Shown here: piece after piece, positions 52,178 through 64,000 of the stretch
How positions within the stretch are numbered: the first letter of the stretch is position 1
Layout of the letters: every line of letters begins with the position of its first letter
Assembly (NCBI RefSeq): GCF_000150275.1
Contig: NW_002060960.1
Coordinates: forward strand, 820,469 to 884,468
Source: Trichoplax adhaerens
Lineage: Eukaryota > Animalia > Placozoa
DNA length: 64,000 bases
Direction of reading: 5' to 3'
The notes under the pieces: model-generated
What the model saw: only the letters and a program-made list of their open reading frames with translations
Told to the model about the DNA's origin: nothing
Database searches by the model: none
Translations under genes and position numbers: made by a program

Positions 52178-52957
52178 TGTAATGAAATGAAAAGTGTAGA
52201 GATCAAGCTACGAAACTTTAACAAACTTTGATTCTACTTTCGTTGCACTCCAGTCGACTTAACGCTAATACTTTGACACCAAATAAAATTTGGGGAAATA
52301 ACCGAACAACAATTTATTTCAAAACAAAAATGGAGAGAAGTATAAACCGAACAACCGCACAAATACTTAGCTTTAAGTATTATTAAAATAAATGACAGAC
52401 TTAAAAACTGTCAACGACCAAACAACCTTTCAAAAACAAGAACGTTTTAACTTACGACAATTCGACCCCGAAGGCCTTTTAAATTCAACAAGTTCTTCAA
52501 ATAAAATCTTCTTCTACTCTCCCTCTAAATTTTCTAATTGCACTATCATTTATAGGCTTCGTAGAGCCGTCAGAGGTATTTAAAACTAAACATTTGCTAA
52601 CCAGTCGCTCTTAAGATCCGTTTTACAAAACTACTTTGCACCATTTAAGAAAACAAAAATCATTCAAAGTTCAGACACAATTTACCCTACGATTCCCTTA
52701 CAAAACACTATAAAAATAACAAGCTAACTATAAAAATACATCAAACTTCATTTCTAACATAATTTCTATCATTAATACACTATAAAAGTCTAAAAATCAA
52801 CCTTTAAACATCAAGATTTAGTCATAAAAACAACATTCTAACTACCTAACAATCAACACAACCTCTGCCAATTTCCATCTTATTTTCTATTTTCCTCACT
52901 AAATCTCCTAATGTGACTTCAAGTCACGTCATAAAATTCCAAAGTTTCAAATTGATA
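52178..52957 (+). mobile_element. Possible 5' portion of an inserted retroelement (or low-quality contig tail)
   Basis: Present only in the first copy of the duplicated block. Starts TGTAATG, has TTTGACA then PBS-like TTTGGGGAAATAACCG (52289-52304), then strongly A/C-skewed, G-poor sequence up to the gap. Confidence 0.4.
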
Positions 52958-53007
52958 NNNNNNNNNNNNNNNNNNNNNNNNNNNNNNNNNNNNNNNNNNN
53001 NNNNNNN
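52958..53007. other. Assembly gap (50 N)
   Basis: Run of N. Confidence 1.
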
Positions 53008-53779
53008 CTAAGGCTATATAGCGTAACATTTTAATTGATTTTTTAAAACGTAGCCCAGAGTTTTCGGTAGAATGGAACGAAGGAACATCCAGTTGTCTAA
53101 ATATAATTCTCGAAGTAAAGAAACGTTCATGTTTCTTCAATTCCCACGTAATTCTAGCATTACAGATTAGTGTAATAACTAATGGTGTAACGTTAATAAA
53201 TGTGCCTGAAATTAACAACGAGTTTCGAATAAAATCCAAACTAGAATAAAGTCTGCAAAATGCATGAATTGAACTTTCTTCTATGGAAATTAAAGACCGA
53301 GGCCATTGTATAAGTGATATAATCCATAAAGCCATTAAAATTGTGAATACTTTCTGGCGCTGCATTCGGCGGCGTGAACGAGAACGATAGGTTATAGTAT
53401 AACACTTTTCTATGGCAATAAACGTTAATGTACCATTAATTACTAAAAACGCAGACATAGGTAATGGCAGAATAAAGCCGCACAAGATTAGTTTCAGAGT
53501 CGGAGAATTTCGAAGTGGTGAATTATATGTGATCAGGACTAAGATTGGAACCAGAGGATATAAAACAGCAACGACCAAGTTAGCAAAAGATAGATTCATT
53601 AATCCATAAAATGAAGCTGATCTCATTTCTTTATCTTTATAAATTATATATATGATGTAAGTATTAACAATAATACTGATCGCGGTAATTATTCCGCCAA
53701 GAATAACGGTAATTATGATAGTTAATAAAGGTAGAAGTAGATTATCTACATGCGTTGCGTTAGTATCATTTAGGGTCAT
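53008..53779 (-). CDS. Gap-truncated near-identical copy of GPCR member 7 (likely allelic haplotype, or very recent duplicate)
   Basis: Two amino-acid differences (LIPI/LVPI, WIVS/WIIS) over about 257 codons; 3' end lost in Ns. Confidence 0.7.
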
Positions 53780-53989
53780 ACTTTCAGGATTATTATCACA
53801 AAATTTACTGGTAAAATGATAAAGAGATCTCAGTATCGCTTAGGAATGACCTAGTAAAGATCGCTTACTTTTTAAATTACTTTAATTTTCTTTACATTTT
53901 ATGAAATATAACTGAATTCTTAAACGATTGTCATTAGAAACTTGAATCCTTTCATATCACGAACAAAACTCAAACAGCTAGTTTATCAA

Positions 53990-55240
53990 ATATGAATTGA
54001 AAAAAATTTATAAGACAGGGATTATTGTTTAAATATTAAGCAGCGGATAATAGTTTTTTGCATTTTAATAAATGGACTGTAATATAGGTTAATTTAATAG
54101 TCAAGAGTTTCTATGGCATTTCATGATATAAATAACCAGTACCATTCAGTAATATTAAGTGTCATTACTGTCTGATAAATGTCAAGATCGATGCTTGATC
54201 TTTGTTTATAGCAACCGGATTATGTACATTTGTCTAACTCTTCTAAAGAAGCCAGTACATCGATTACTGTGGTTTAATTTGGCTTACTTTTACTTGTAAG
54301 GTATTATACGATTATGCAGACTAAAACGGGTTCAGTATACATTTACAGGTAGAAGCAAATACCGTTAACTCTTGGTAAAAAACTGATTTTCAGGCTATTT
54401 GTTGCCTATTAATCATTTAACTGTACACTTTACTATCAAATTATACTCTCACTTTCATTTTCTATCTAGTAGCTTTGTACTAGTATTATTTCTGTTATTT
54501 TTTCATGCTAGATTTATAAAATAATACTATCCTTGTAACATGACGCTGCTTTCTAGCTCGATATTGATATATTATTCAATAACACACTCTTTGGCTATCA
54601 TTAACGTGAATATGAATCGAAAACAATTTATAAGACAGGAATTATTAATTTTAATATTAAGTAGCGGATAATAGTCTTTGCATTCTAATAAATGGAATGT
54701 AATATAGGATAATTTAATAGTCAAAGAGTTTCTATGGCATGTCATGATAAAAATAACCAGCACCGGTCAGTAACGTTAAATGTCATCACTCAGGCTAATA
54801 AATGTCGAGATCGATGCTCAATCTTGACATATAGTAACCGGATTATGTACATTTGTCTAGCTCTTCTATAGAAGCCAGTACTTCGATTACAGTGATTTAA
54901 TTTGGCTTACTTTTAGTTCTAAGGTAATTATACGACTATACAATCTAAAACAGGCTCAGTATATTGTACAGGTAGAGGTAGAAGTAAATACCGTTAATTC
55001 TTGGTAAAAAAACAGATTTTCAGACCATTTATCGCCTATTAATAATTTAACTTTACTTACTGTAATGTCAAATTATACTCTTAATTTTGTTTTCTATCTG
55101 GTAGCTTTATACTTGTATTATTTCTGTTATTTTTAATATAAGATTTATAAAATAATACTTTCATTATAAAATGAGGCTGCTTTCTAGTTCGATATTGATA
55201 TATCGTTCAATATTACACTCCATGAATATCATTAATGCGA
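53990..55240. repeat. Tandem duplication of an about 620-bp unit upstream of GPCR member 7 (also at 51110-52178)
   Basis: AATATGAAT.GAAAA.AATTTATAAGACAGG recurs at about 53990 and 54609; units colinear with scattered differences. Confidence 0.88.
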
Positions 55241-57413
55241 TTATCTGTATCATACTCTACCTTACCGCAAAACGCAACCAATAATTATTGAAAAGGCTTA
55301 ACGCATAACAAAACAATACAGAATATTTCTAATTAATAATTCGAAGAGTTATTATATCCTTATCTGTCAGGAAGTCGCTAGGCATTATGACTAATCGATA
55401 ATTATAACGCTGGAGAAAATGCTTGAATAGGGCTCTTTGAAATACAACCTTATGCCTGTCATTTGTAAACAAGAAAGCTGTCAATAATCTAAGACCGTAT
55501 CGTGATATTCAAGTAATTGATTATTTGTATTATCCCTGCTATTGGAAATTAATTAATAATATTAAGCGATAGTATACAAAAACAACTTTAAAAACTATCG
55601 TCTTTTTCTCAATTTTAGAGTCGAATCGAAATATGCCTCGTGTAGATTGCTGCCCTCATTTATCCAGTAAAATTTAGTCATTTAAGATATTGCAAATGCA
55701 TAATTTTTCTATCGACTTAAATTGATTAAGAGTAATTTTCCGTTGAAGTGGTACGTAAAGTAAAGCTGTAAATAAAAACTTTTAGCCAAATTTAAATGGC
55801 TTTTACTTTAATTCGAATCAAATTAATAAAATACTTAATATCCGTACGTTTATTTACGCCTTTACTATGCAATCAAATCGAAGAAATTTAATTTGAAGCA
55901 AGAGAATATTTATAAACTACAAATTGGATTATCGATTAACCTTCTGAACAATTTGAATACTTCATTCGCCTTATATCTGTACTTCTCTTCTCTACTTTCT
56001 CTACTAAACTATCTAATTAAATCATCTATTAAATGCTTCGTACAGTTTCGTTAGTAGCGTCAAAAGTAGGTAAATGCCTACTTTGAAGCATTCTTTCCCT
56101 TAAATTAGAAGGCTGTAAAATTTTTTTATTTCATATTTACCTCATGTTACTCCACTAATTATAGTAGTAGGAGCTTATTCAGTTAATCTGACCTTGATAA
56201 CGTGTAAGAAGATAGTTTTCGAACCTAGGTAGCTACATTTTCATCAGTGATCTTATTGCTGTATTAACGTTGTCATAGTACTATTTAAATTAATTAAATA
56301 AGTTATCTATGAGGATGCAACTCCAATTTAACAATTCATCTATTCTATGCTTTATGACTTAATTTAAACAATTTCTGAAATTTGATGAATTTACTATAAT
56401 GTCATCGGTAACAGCAATATGAAGTCATTAACTTATTAGAAAATCTTGGAACAATTTATTAAAAATTTTCTTCTAGATTACTATTATTTCATTAATATTT
56501 TATATAGATTGAAGCTTTATTACTGACGCTATCATTGTCGTAAATAGATTCGAAAAAGAGTTTTATTATCATTACGATATTCTAGAATTTAATATCGTTC
56601 ATTTATCGAATTGACGAGATCTTTATTCAGTGAAAAGCAAATATCTTCATTAAGTTATCGACATCAAGCCAGTTTGCCCTTATAGCTAATACTAATTGTT
56701 CATCTAGTAACACATATGAAATCGTGATTCTTCAGTAACGAAATTGTTATTTGATGGACCAATAGCTTAATCTATGAATTCCTACTTTTAAGTTCTAAGT
56801 TTCTTGATATTAGATCAATACACGCAAAATGTATGAACTTTTATGGGAAGAGAAGTTACGATTCACAATTTATTATTTCAAATCAGCCAAGTACGCGTTT
56901 AGAGACCTTTATCGAATTAACTATTAAGTATTAAGAGAATAAGAATTGATAACTAATAGAAGATATTAGTTTTCGGCAATCGTACGGCACTGTGTTGCCT
57001 CCAATTTAGAATTTGAAACAATATTGATGTTCGCAGGGTTTAATTATTGTATCATAATCAAGGTAGTGCTAGGATTGTATCGTTCTTACTAATATGGAAT
57101 TAATTTGCTATCTTAAAGCAATTTAATATAACTCATACCTTCATCGAAAACAGCAGTTACGAATATTATTCATAATAGCATATTACTGCTTATATATAAT
57201 TAGTCTTTATAAATAAATTTATCGTTATAAGTAATTAAGTAACTGTAGTGTGTTATATTAATTACGGTAGTTCACTAATTCTATTAAAATCTTTAAATTA
57301 TTTTTGCGTCTCTATGTTAAGAAAATGCATCTTGAAGTCTTAAGCTTAAAAAACTTCAAGAAACCGTATACAAAGTATCAAGAACGTGTGAAACGACAAG
57401 ATCTTCTGTTTTG

Positions 57414-58439
57414 TTAAGCTACTTTTAAAATTGACCAAAAAGCAATAAAGCAATTTTGTAGTGGTTGGCGAAATCTTTTTATATAAAAAATATAGAGGAT
57501 TGGACCATATAAGCCTGTCAAGACTCCACAGACATACATAAATGCGTACGATAAGCCGATAGTAAATGGGCTAGCTTTGTATGCATACCCTAAAACCGTT
57601 GCATAAAAACCAAATAGCCAGCAGAAAGAACATAAAAACTGACTCAAAGCAACATGTCGTAGAATCTTCACCGCGTTGTTTAATTTTTGATTTGACACGT
57701 TCGTTTCACGAAAGTTCTGAAGTTTAAGATCTTTCAAAATAGCAGCAGAAATAAAGAATCGATGACGTTGTTTCAATTTCCACACAATTTTAGTATGGCA
57801 AATGCACATAATAACGAATGGAATTGCAATTCCAGCAGCAGATAATGTTAGCATAATCCTGCGAGATACACTATTATCTGTATAAACGGTGCAAATGCCT
57901 TGTATGTAGCTCATATCCATAACTAGAACAGTACGAGGCCAATGTTGAATCATTGTTATAAACCATAAGCCGACTAATACTGCAAATATTTTACTTTTTT
58001 TGACCTTTCTTTTCAACGTACAATCTTGATTTAATGTATAATACTTCTCTACAGCAATAAATGCTAAAGTGCTATTAGCTACCATTAATGATACAATAGC
58101 AATTGGTACAGTAACACTACACATGATATACGTTATCCATACAGAATGTTTCAAAGGTGAATTATACGTGATTAGCATAAAAATTGGCGTAAAGGGATAG
58201 AAAGCGGCGACCAATAAATTGGCGATAGATACATTAATTAATCCGTAGTACGTTCCTGATCTCATTTCTTTATTGCCATAAATAATATACAGCACATAAC
58301 CATTCGCAAGAAAGCTAATCATACTTAGAAAGGTACCAATAACAGCCGTAATTTGAATTGATGTTAATGGCACAGGATTAGTTCTGTTGTAGGAGGATAT
58401 AAGAAAAATTGATTGATTTGCTGTTGATTTTCCAAGCAT
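57414..58439 (-). CDS. Intronless rhodopsin-class GPCR (member 8)
   Basis: 341-aa ATG ORF; NVSIAN, EKY, QHWPR, GPILY, KRFRQP. Confidence 0.93.
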   Translation of the reverse strand: MLGKSTANQSIFLISSYNRTNPVPLTSIQITAVIGTFLSMISFLANGYVLYIIYGNKEMRSGTYYGLINVSIANLLVAAFYPFTPIFMLITYNSPLKHSVWITYIMCSVTVPIAIVSLMVANSTLAFIAVEKYYTLNQDCTLKRKVKKSKIFAVLVGLWFITMIQHWPRTVLVMDMSYIQGICTVYTDNSVSRRIMLTLSAAGIAIPFVIMCICHTKIVWKLKQRHRFFISAAILKDLKLQNFRETNVSNQKLNNAVKILRHVALSQFLCSFCWLFGFYATVLGYAYKASPFTIGLSYAFMYVCGVLTGLYGPILYIFYIKRFRQPLQNCFIAFWSILKVA

Positions 58440-60689
58440 GACTCTTTACTTCAATGGTGAGCTGAAAAGAAATCAGTCAAAAAGAAGCATCTTCAATAAG
58501 TTTATCTATCAACATACGTCCATGAAATACTAAATGATAAAATTCTTACATCTCAAACGTGTGGTCTTTTAATTTGTACTTAAATATTTTTTTCTCACTC
58601 GATATCTTGTTGTCGCTTAAATCAATAGCGAGAAATTAGATATTTTTATGTGTTATCCTTGATACTAAAGTAAAAATAACGGTCAATTAGCTAAACAAGG
58701 TATCATTTTTAAACGAAATTTATTTATAAAGAATTATAAAGAAAAATCTAAAGATACGAGTAAAAATAAATTAATTAATTAATTCAAAGTAATAACGCAG
58801 TAAATCTTTTAATTGAAATTTTTATAAATTATTGTTATTACATAAATTACCATATGATAGATTTAATAGATACAATCATTGATTCCATATGAATGACTTA
58901 CATGTGAACAAGTACCACCTTAGCCTTGCTTTTCGATGATTTGAAGTTAATGCGATCAACTATAAGATAGATAAAGTTTGATGATTACATTTTTCCATTG
59001 GGAATTAGTTCTTCGTTTCACTGAATACTTAAATGATTATTGCGATGTGAATTACCTTTACTTTCTAAAGAAGTTCCTCATTTAAGAAGATATTGGAATG
59101 TCTTTAACTAAAGAAGAATAAATGTCATGATATTTTACAGTATTATTGAGATGTTTTACTTGTTCTTTAAAATTGAGAAAATTAGATTAACGATATATAA
59201 GGTTTAGTATCTATTCCAGAGTATTATTAGTGCATCAAAAATGGAAGAAATTGTGAGCAGCATTAGCAAAGTTTTGGATGACAAAAGAAAAATTCACTTA
59301 TCCTGTCAGTTCCAACAATAAATTATTTCTTAGCTTATCCTAATTTTTGTTTAATAATCAGTATGTTCGATTGCATTGCTTGCTTTATTAAAACTTCTAT
59401 TCATTTTTTTATTACAATCCTTTTGAAAATCTGATTTTTTACCGAGCTGTAGTAGCATTAACAGCGATTATGAAGTGCTTCAAGTTTAATAATTTTAAAT
59501 GTTTAAAATTTCTTATTAATAAAATATGTAGGAATGCATTTACACTCATTATAAAATTCGAATTACTTTCCGATATTATTCCTAGAGCTTAATTTGTACC
59601 ATATTTGCCTTTATGCATTTCAGAAAATAATTATACTTGTTATTGTTTTCGATATAAATCCGCATTTTACTTAATAAATTAAGATCTCTAGAGCAATAAT
59701 CTTATATTGGTGGAATGGAAGCAATAACTTAAAGGTAAATTGGCTCTAAGCGAAAATTTTACTAGTATACTTTAAAAATAGCGATCACCAATACACTTAA
59801 TTTATAATGATTTTAATTTCGACTTCATTTCATGTATTTTTGTTTCTGCCGTAAAATAAAATACCATATCTAATGTTTTGGACTTTTTCAAAATACAATT
59901 TCAATTAGCCTACTCTATTTATAAATTGTGTATGGGAATATCCCTTACATCTGCATATTCATTGTTATAATAGCAGTACCGTATTAAATTCATATTTCAA
60001 CCAAAGTTCGTAAATATTCGTTGATAAAGGAACTCTTAACTATTCTCTATCATTCTACAATGAAGTATTATCATAAAGACGCCGTGCTATTTATAGATTG
60101 CTTTTATGATTGAAAGAGAAGTTAAGCCATAATATCCAATTTTTGCTATGATTGCAATTTTATAAGTGATACTGGGATATCTGAGAGATATGAAATATAA
60201 AGTTTTCTATTGTCTCTAATGTTTCGTTTCTATCGGTTATTGCTTTTTGTTTAATGTAATTGGGCAGTTTCTAGCAGCGTTAATAAAGGATCAAATTTCG
60301 AAATAAAGTCATTCCTACTTTTGTTCCTGGCACAAATCATTTGTTAATTAATTAAACTGATGTTACTATGATATGATGATCATGAGTAATTTATCTTCAC
60401 ACATTTATCATGAAAGTAGCTATCATTGACTGAATATGATCGGAGGTATGAGGACTTATCTCGTCATTACTTATAACAGAGAATAACTCATTGTATTATT
60501 AGACGTAAAATCTGGGTATCGCATTCAGCCTTTTTATCCTACTTGAATAGCTGGTGTTTCAATTCTAATATAAATATTGTAGACTGTAATTTTTGTCAAA
60601 ATTAACTATTAGTAAGTAGCAGTATCGTTTATTCGCTTTTAAATAGGAATGTATAAATTCCAGAGTAAAATTAATTTCAGATGGTCAAC

Positions 60690-61051
60690 TGTTACAACTT
60701 CCAAATTTTGTAACAAGTACTAGATCTGCACTCAGTAAGGAGACCCAATAATTAAGTTGAAGAAATAACTTTATTGTTAAAATAATGAGTTTATATACTT
60801 TCATTTTTGTGACCTTTGATCTACTGGCGTAGATCCCAAGATCATCACTAAGAGAAAGGTTTCCCTAGTTTAGACATTACAAATAGAATATCACACCGAG
60901 TATGGCAACATGAGAATACATATATAGATAAGCTTAATATAGTACCATAACTACATCTATATACGCATGACGTGATAATAACATCGTGATATTTAACCAT
61001 ATATAGAAAGAAGGTAACATACTAATTATGTAACTATCACAGAACGTGACA
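60690..61051 (-). mobile_element. Solo LTR family G (362 bp)
   Basis: TGTTAC...GTGACA ends, perfect TSD TCAAC, minus-strand TATATAAA (60797-60790) then AATAAA (60775-60770). Confidence 0.87.
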
Positions 61052-61403
61052 TCAACACTTCGAAGAAAGTCAAGGAGGTACTATAGATTTTCCGATACGC
61101 AAAGTCTATCATATTCATATAGAAATGAATCAATTCCGGTTGAAAGGTAAGATTTATTTTAAAATAACAATAAGGGTCGAATAGTTTTCACTAATTAAAA
61201 TACCCGACGTAGAAATTAGAAAAGCGGATTATGTATATTTTTGCAAAAATTTAATCCTGTAATATCAAAAGACTATTAGTTTATAATTGCCTAGTTACAT
61301 AATTGTGTATATACTGCTATACAATTAATTGCAATGTTTATGCATATGAATGGAATTATTCTAATATTTAAAGCATCTCTTTCACTTTTGTCACCTATGT
61401 GCA

Positions 61404-61722
61404 TGTCACGCACCACTAGTGGCAAAGTAGTCTACACACGTCAATGCTTACGAAGAACTCCACTTACTGACTTAAAGAGGCGAGATTAGCTATATCACCG
61501 AATAGTTCAGTTCCAACGACCGAATAATATAGTGCAATTATAGCGTCACTGTTAGTGTAGACGAGGTAGTCAGAGATTTACTACTATTTATTACTGAAGA
61601 AATCTTGACACCCAAGATTATAGTCGTTACAATTCAATAGCAATTGATAAACTAGTTGACTATCTAACCGACTAACTAACTAAAAAGTAGTCTTCATCAG
61701 GACGAGCTTATGCATCGTAACA
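61404..61722 (-). mobile_element. LTR family E copy 2 (319 bp)
   Basis: TGTCACG...CGTAACA ends, perfect TSD GTGCA; first about 200 bp match 28936-29138. Confidence 0.87.
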
Positions 61723-64000
61723 GTGCATAATCACTAAACCTTTGATATGGGATTTAAATTACAATAAATTGCCTTGCTCCTCTAAAATATTTTACAGTAT
61801 ATCTTAAAACGGACATAGAATATTGCAGAATCCGAGTTCGAAAATGCTCAATGCTTGCTAGAATTTAATAATTTAGAGAAGAAATTTAGCTTAATATGGT
61901 TTCAGCTCAAAGTCGTAATTGTGAATAACGATTAATCAAAATCTGATCTACTGATTATATTATCAATTATGCATCCAATTTTCACCGCATAAAGTTTATA
62001 TATTGGATGCAGTTTACAAATTTAATTATAAGATGCGACATCAGAATAATTGATTGCTGCAGCAAGCAGCAAGCAGCTTTTTCTTTGTTTGAAGGAGCAC
62101 AAACATTAAATTTTGAGCTTATAGTCGGACTGCATGCTGTCCGTAAATAGTAAATAAATTATTTATTCATTTACCATATATTTTGTATTTAGTTATTTAA
62201 TCAATGTCCGTATTAGTAAATTATCATGCTATTTTCTTTCATGAAATATCTGTATTGGCCGATACTAAAATCAAAGTAATAAGCTTATAATATTCGTACT
62301 GAAATACGAGGAAAATCAGTGATAATACTCAGTTTAGTTAGCATAATGAATTTTAATTATTCTTTGAATTGCTTGAGTGGGAGTCGTTCTATTTTTTATA
62401 ATCTTTTTCGATACATTAGAAGATGGCCGTAATGATTACAGAATAAACATGCAGATGAATCTATCAGTAATTAATCTAAAGTTCTTTTTCCTGAAATGAG
62501 TTAGAAAGTATTTTGCTGCAGAAGTAACTTAAGATACTTATGTATCAGTTAGCGGGGAGTTCTCCACTAACTGGTATCTATGAAAGCTGTCATCAATTAA
62601 TTATGTGTTATAATAAATAACTATATTGTTGGGATACTATTAACCAACGTTCGATGAATTAAATAAGTTTGCTTTGAGCTCTTCATGTTTATATCAATAT
62701 ATCTCACAATATGTAGGTGTACGTTCAATCAAAGTAGCTATTATTAGATTTTTACTAAATGTAAGGCGGAATTAATATCCAGTTTTAGATACGAAGCTAT
62801 TTTAATGCAGCAGAAACGAAGAGATTTAAATAGGGCTTCCGTAATATCTTATAGATTCTCCTTAAATTCTTGTCCTATACTTATGCAAATGAATGCTGTA
62901 CGATAGCTTATTCCATTTTACTGCTGTTCGAAAATAAATACGTGCGAAATAATCATTCAATTATACCATACCAGATAATATGAATAGTATACAGTACATT
63001 TCAATACTCTAGGCATGTTGAGGACATATTTTGCTTACTGATTTTTACAGTAATTTGCAGTCCCTCGATATAAAGATACAAATTATTACTACATCTATAT
63101 ATAAATAGGCCTTAACATCGTACTATATAGATCTATTATTTTTATTTGTAGCACGAACAAGTAAAATTTAAAGTAATTTTAAAGCATCAAACATTCATGA
63201 GATTTAAATACATAAATAAAAATCAAAAGAATTCGATATATTTGCATTATTGCATGATAATGCCATTACTGGTGATTCATTGGTAATATTGAGGATTAGA
63301 AAATGAGATAACGAAGACCATTAATTTTTAATTAAACAAGAGTTATATACTGTACCGGCTATACATAACTTGCTTTTATATGCTCGAAACTAATTTGTGA
63401 ACAAAAGCTAATTGAAAACTGCTATTTTAGACTTAATAGTCTATCAAACCGACATTTAAAGTTTATTTATCAACTGTATATACTTGCGTAAGAACAAGAT
63501 ACTTTTATAACAGAAACAGAAAACCAGTTCCGTTATTGCTTATGCTAATTTATACTCGCTGATAAATCTTAAATATCTTTAGAATCTTAAAGTAATATTC
63601 CCTAAAGCGTCGTATGATATTAAGTAGCAAGCAGAATAATGAATTACTGTAACAAACGTTTTCAAAATCGTATTCATACAGTAGTGCATCTAACGCTAAG
63701 CTTTCATGAATCTATCCTTCATTTGTACCAGCATGCTACCTCCACTACGAAATTATCAGCAATAAATATTGTTATTAAGCAAGATTTAAAAGCGTTATGA
63801 TATTCTATAGACTTGAAAAACTGACGTTATAATTTGCCATCCTTAAATTGCCATCATATATCAGTTTATATCCTATCAACAAATCTATGTACACACACAT
63901 CTTTCTACAACAACATAAACGGTTACTTAGGCTATTTTTTGAGGAAGATCGAACTAGAGTATAATAGATAATTGTATCATACTTGGCACAGCTAAACATT

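Larger units (their letters stand above)
50130..55054. repeat. Near-identical 2-kb duplication (50130-52178 versus 53008-55054) flanking an assembly gap
   Basis: Offset about 2878 bp; only a handful of substitutions and 1-bp indels; the second copy begins exactly at the gap edge. Confidence 0.95.

Noticed and set aside
52919-53007. C-terminus YQFETLEFYDVT of the 286-aa ORF
   Set aside because: Artefact of translating through the N gap into unrelated sequence.
50534-54763. Duplicated short ORFs (50534/53412 antisense; 51696/54572)
   Set aside because: Shadow ORFs repeated only because the block is duplicated.
9896-58439. Opsin identity for the GPCRs
   Set aside because: No Lys at 7.43 in any member; no other opsin hallmark recognised.
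58930-59330. Coding-looking plus-strand stretch (SKMEEIVSSISKVLDDKRK)
   Set aside because: Multiple stops, no recognisable domain or consistent splice structure.
61971-62145. Short hairpins (TGCATCCAAT...ATTGGATGCA; CGGAC..GTCCG) and the palindrome AAGTACCGGTACTT near 7186
   Set aside because: Isolated and within chance expectation for 64 kb of AT-rich DNA; no associated element ends.

Overview
AT-rich (roughly 30% GC by eye) eukaryotic, animal-type genomic DNA with short GT-AG introns. The style (compact introns, intronless divergent GPCR array, 50-N gap) fits a basal metazoan such as a placozoan (Trichoplax); this is an inference. All recognisable genes lie on the minus strand. (1) 115-5661: the first 14 exons (640 codons, about 17 ankyrin repeats plus a TRPA-type linker) of a TRPA1-like channel that runs off the left edge. 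(2) 9.9-58.4 kb: a tandem array of intronless, related but very atypical rhodopsin-class GPCRs. It holds 7 intact genes, one full-length copy broken by a single TGA at W4.50, one gap-truncated near-identical copy that is probably an alternate haplotype, and two probable decayed relics. These receptors have lost most canonical activation switches. (3) An intronless GT31 beta-1,3-galactosyltransferase-like gene sits inside the array. The spacers hold at least 11 solo LTRs from 7 families (TG...CA ends, TATA then AATAAA, six perfect 5-bp target-site duplications). They include one nested pair, and there is also a head-to-tail cassette-like array of LTR-like units joined by a conserved 6-8 bp linker. 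No gag/pol ORF was seen. Other features are a 91-bp minisatellite, older segmental duplications and a possible haplotype-specific insertion at the gap.
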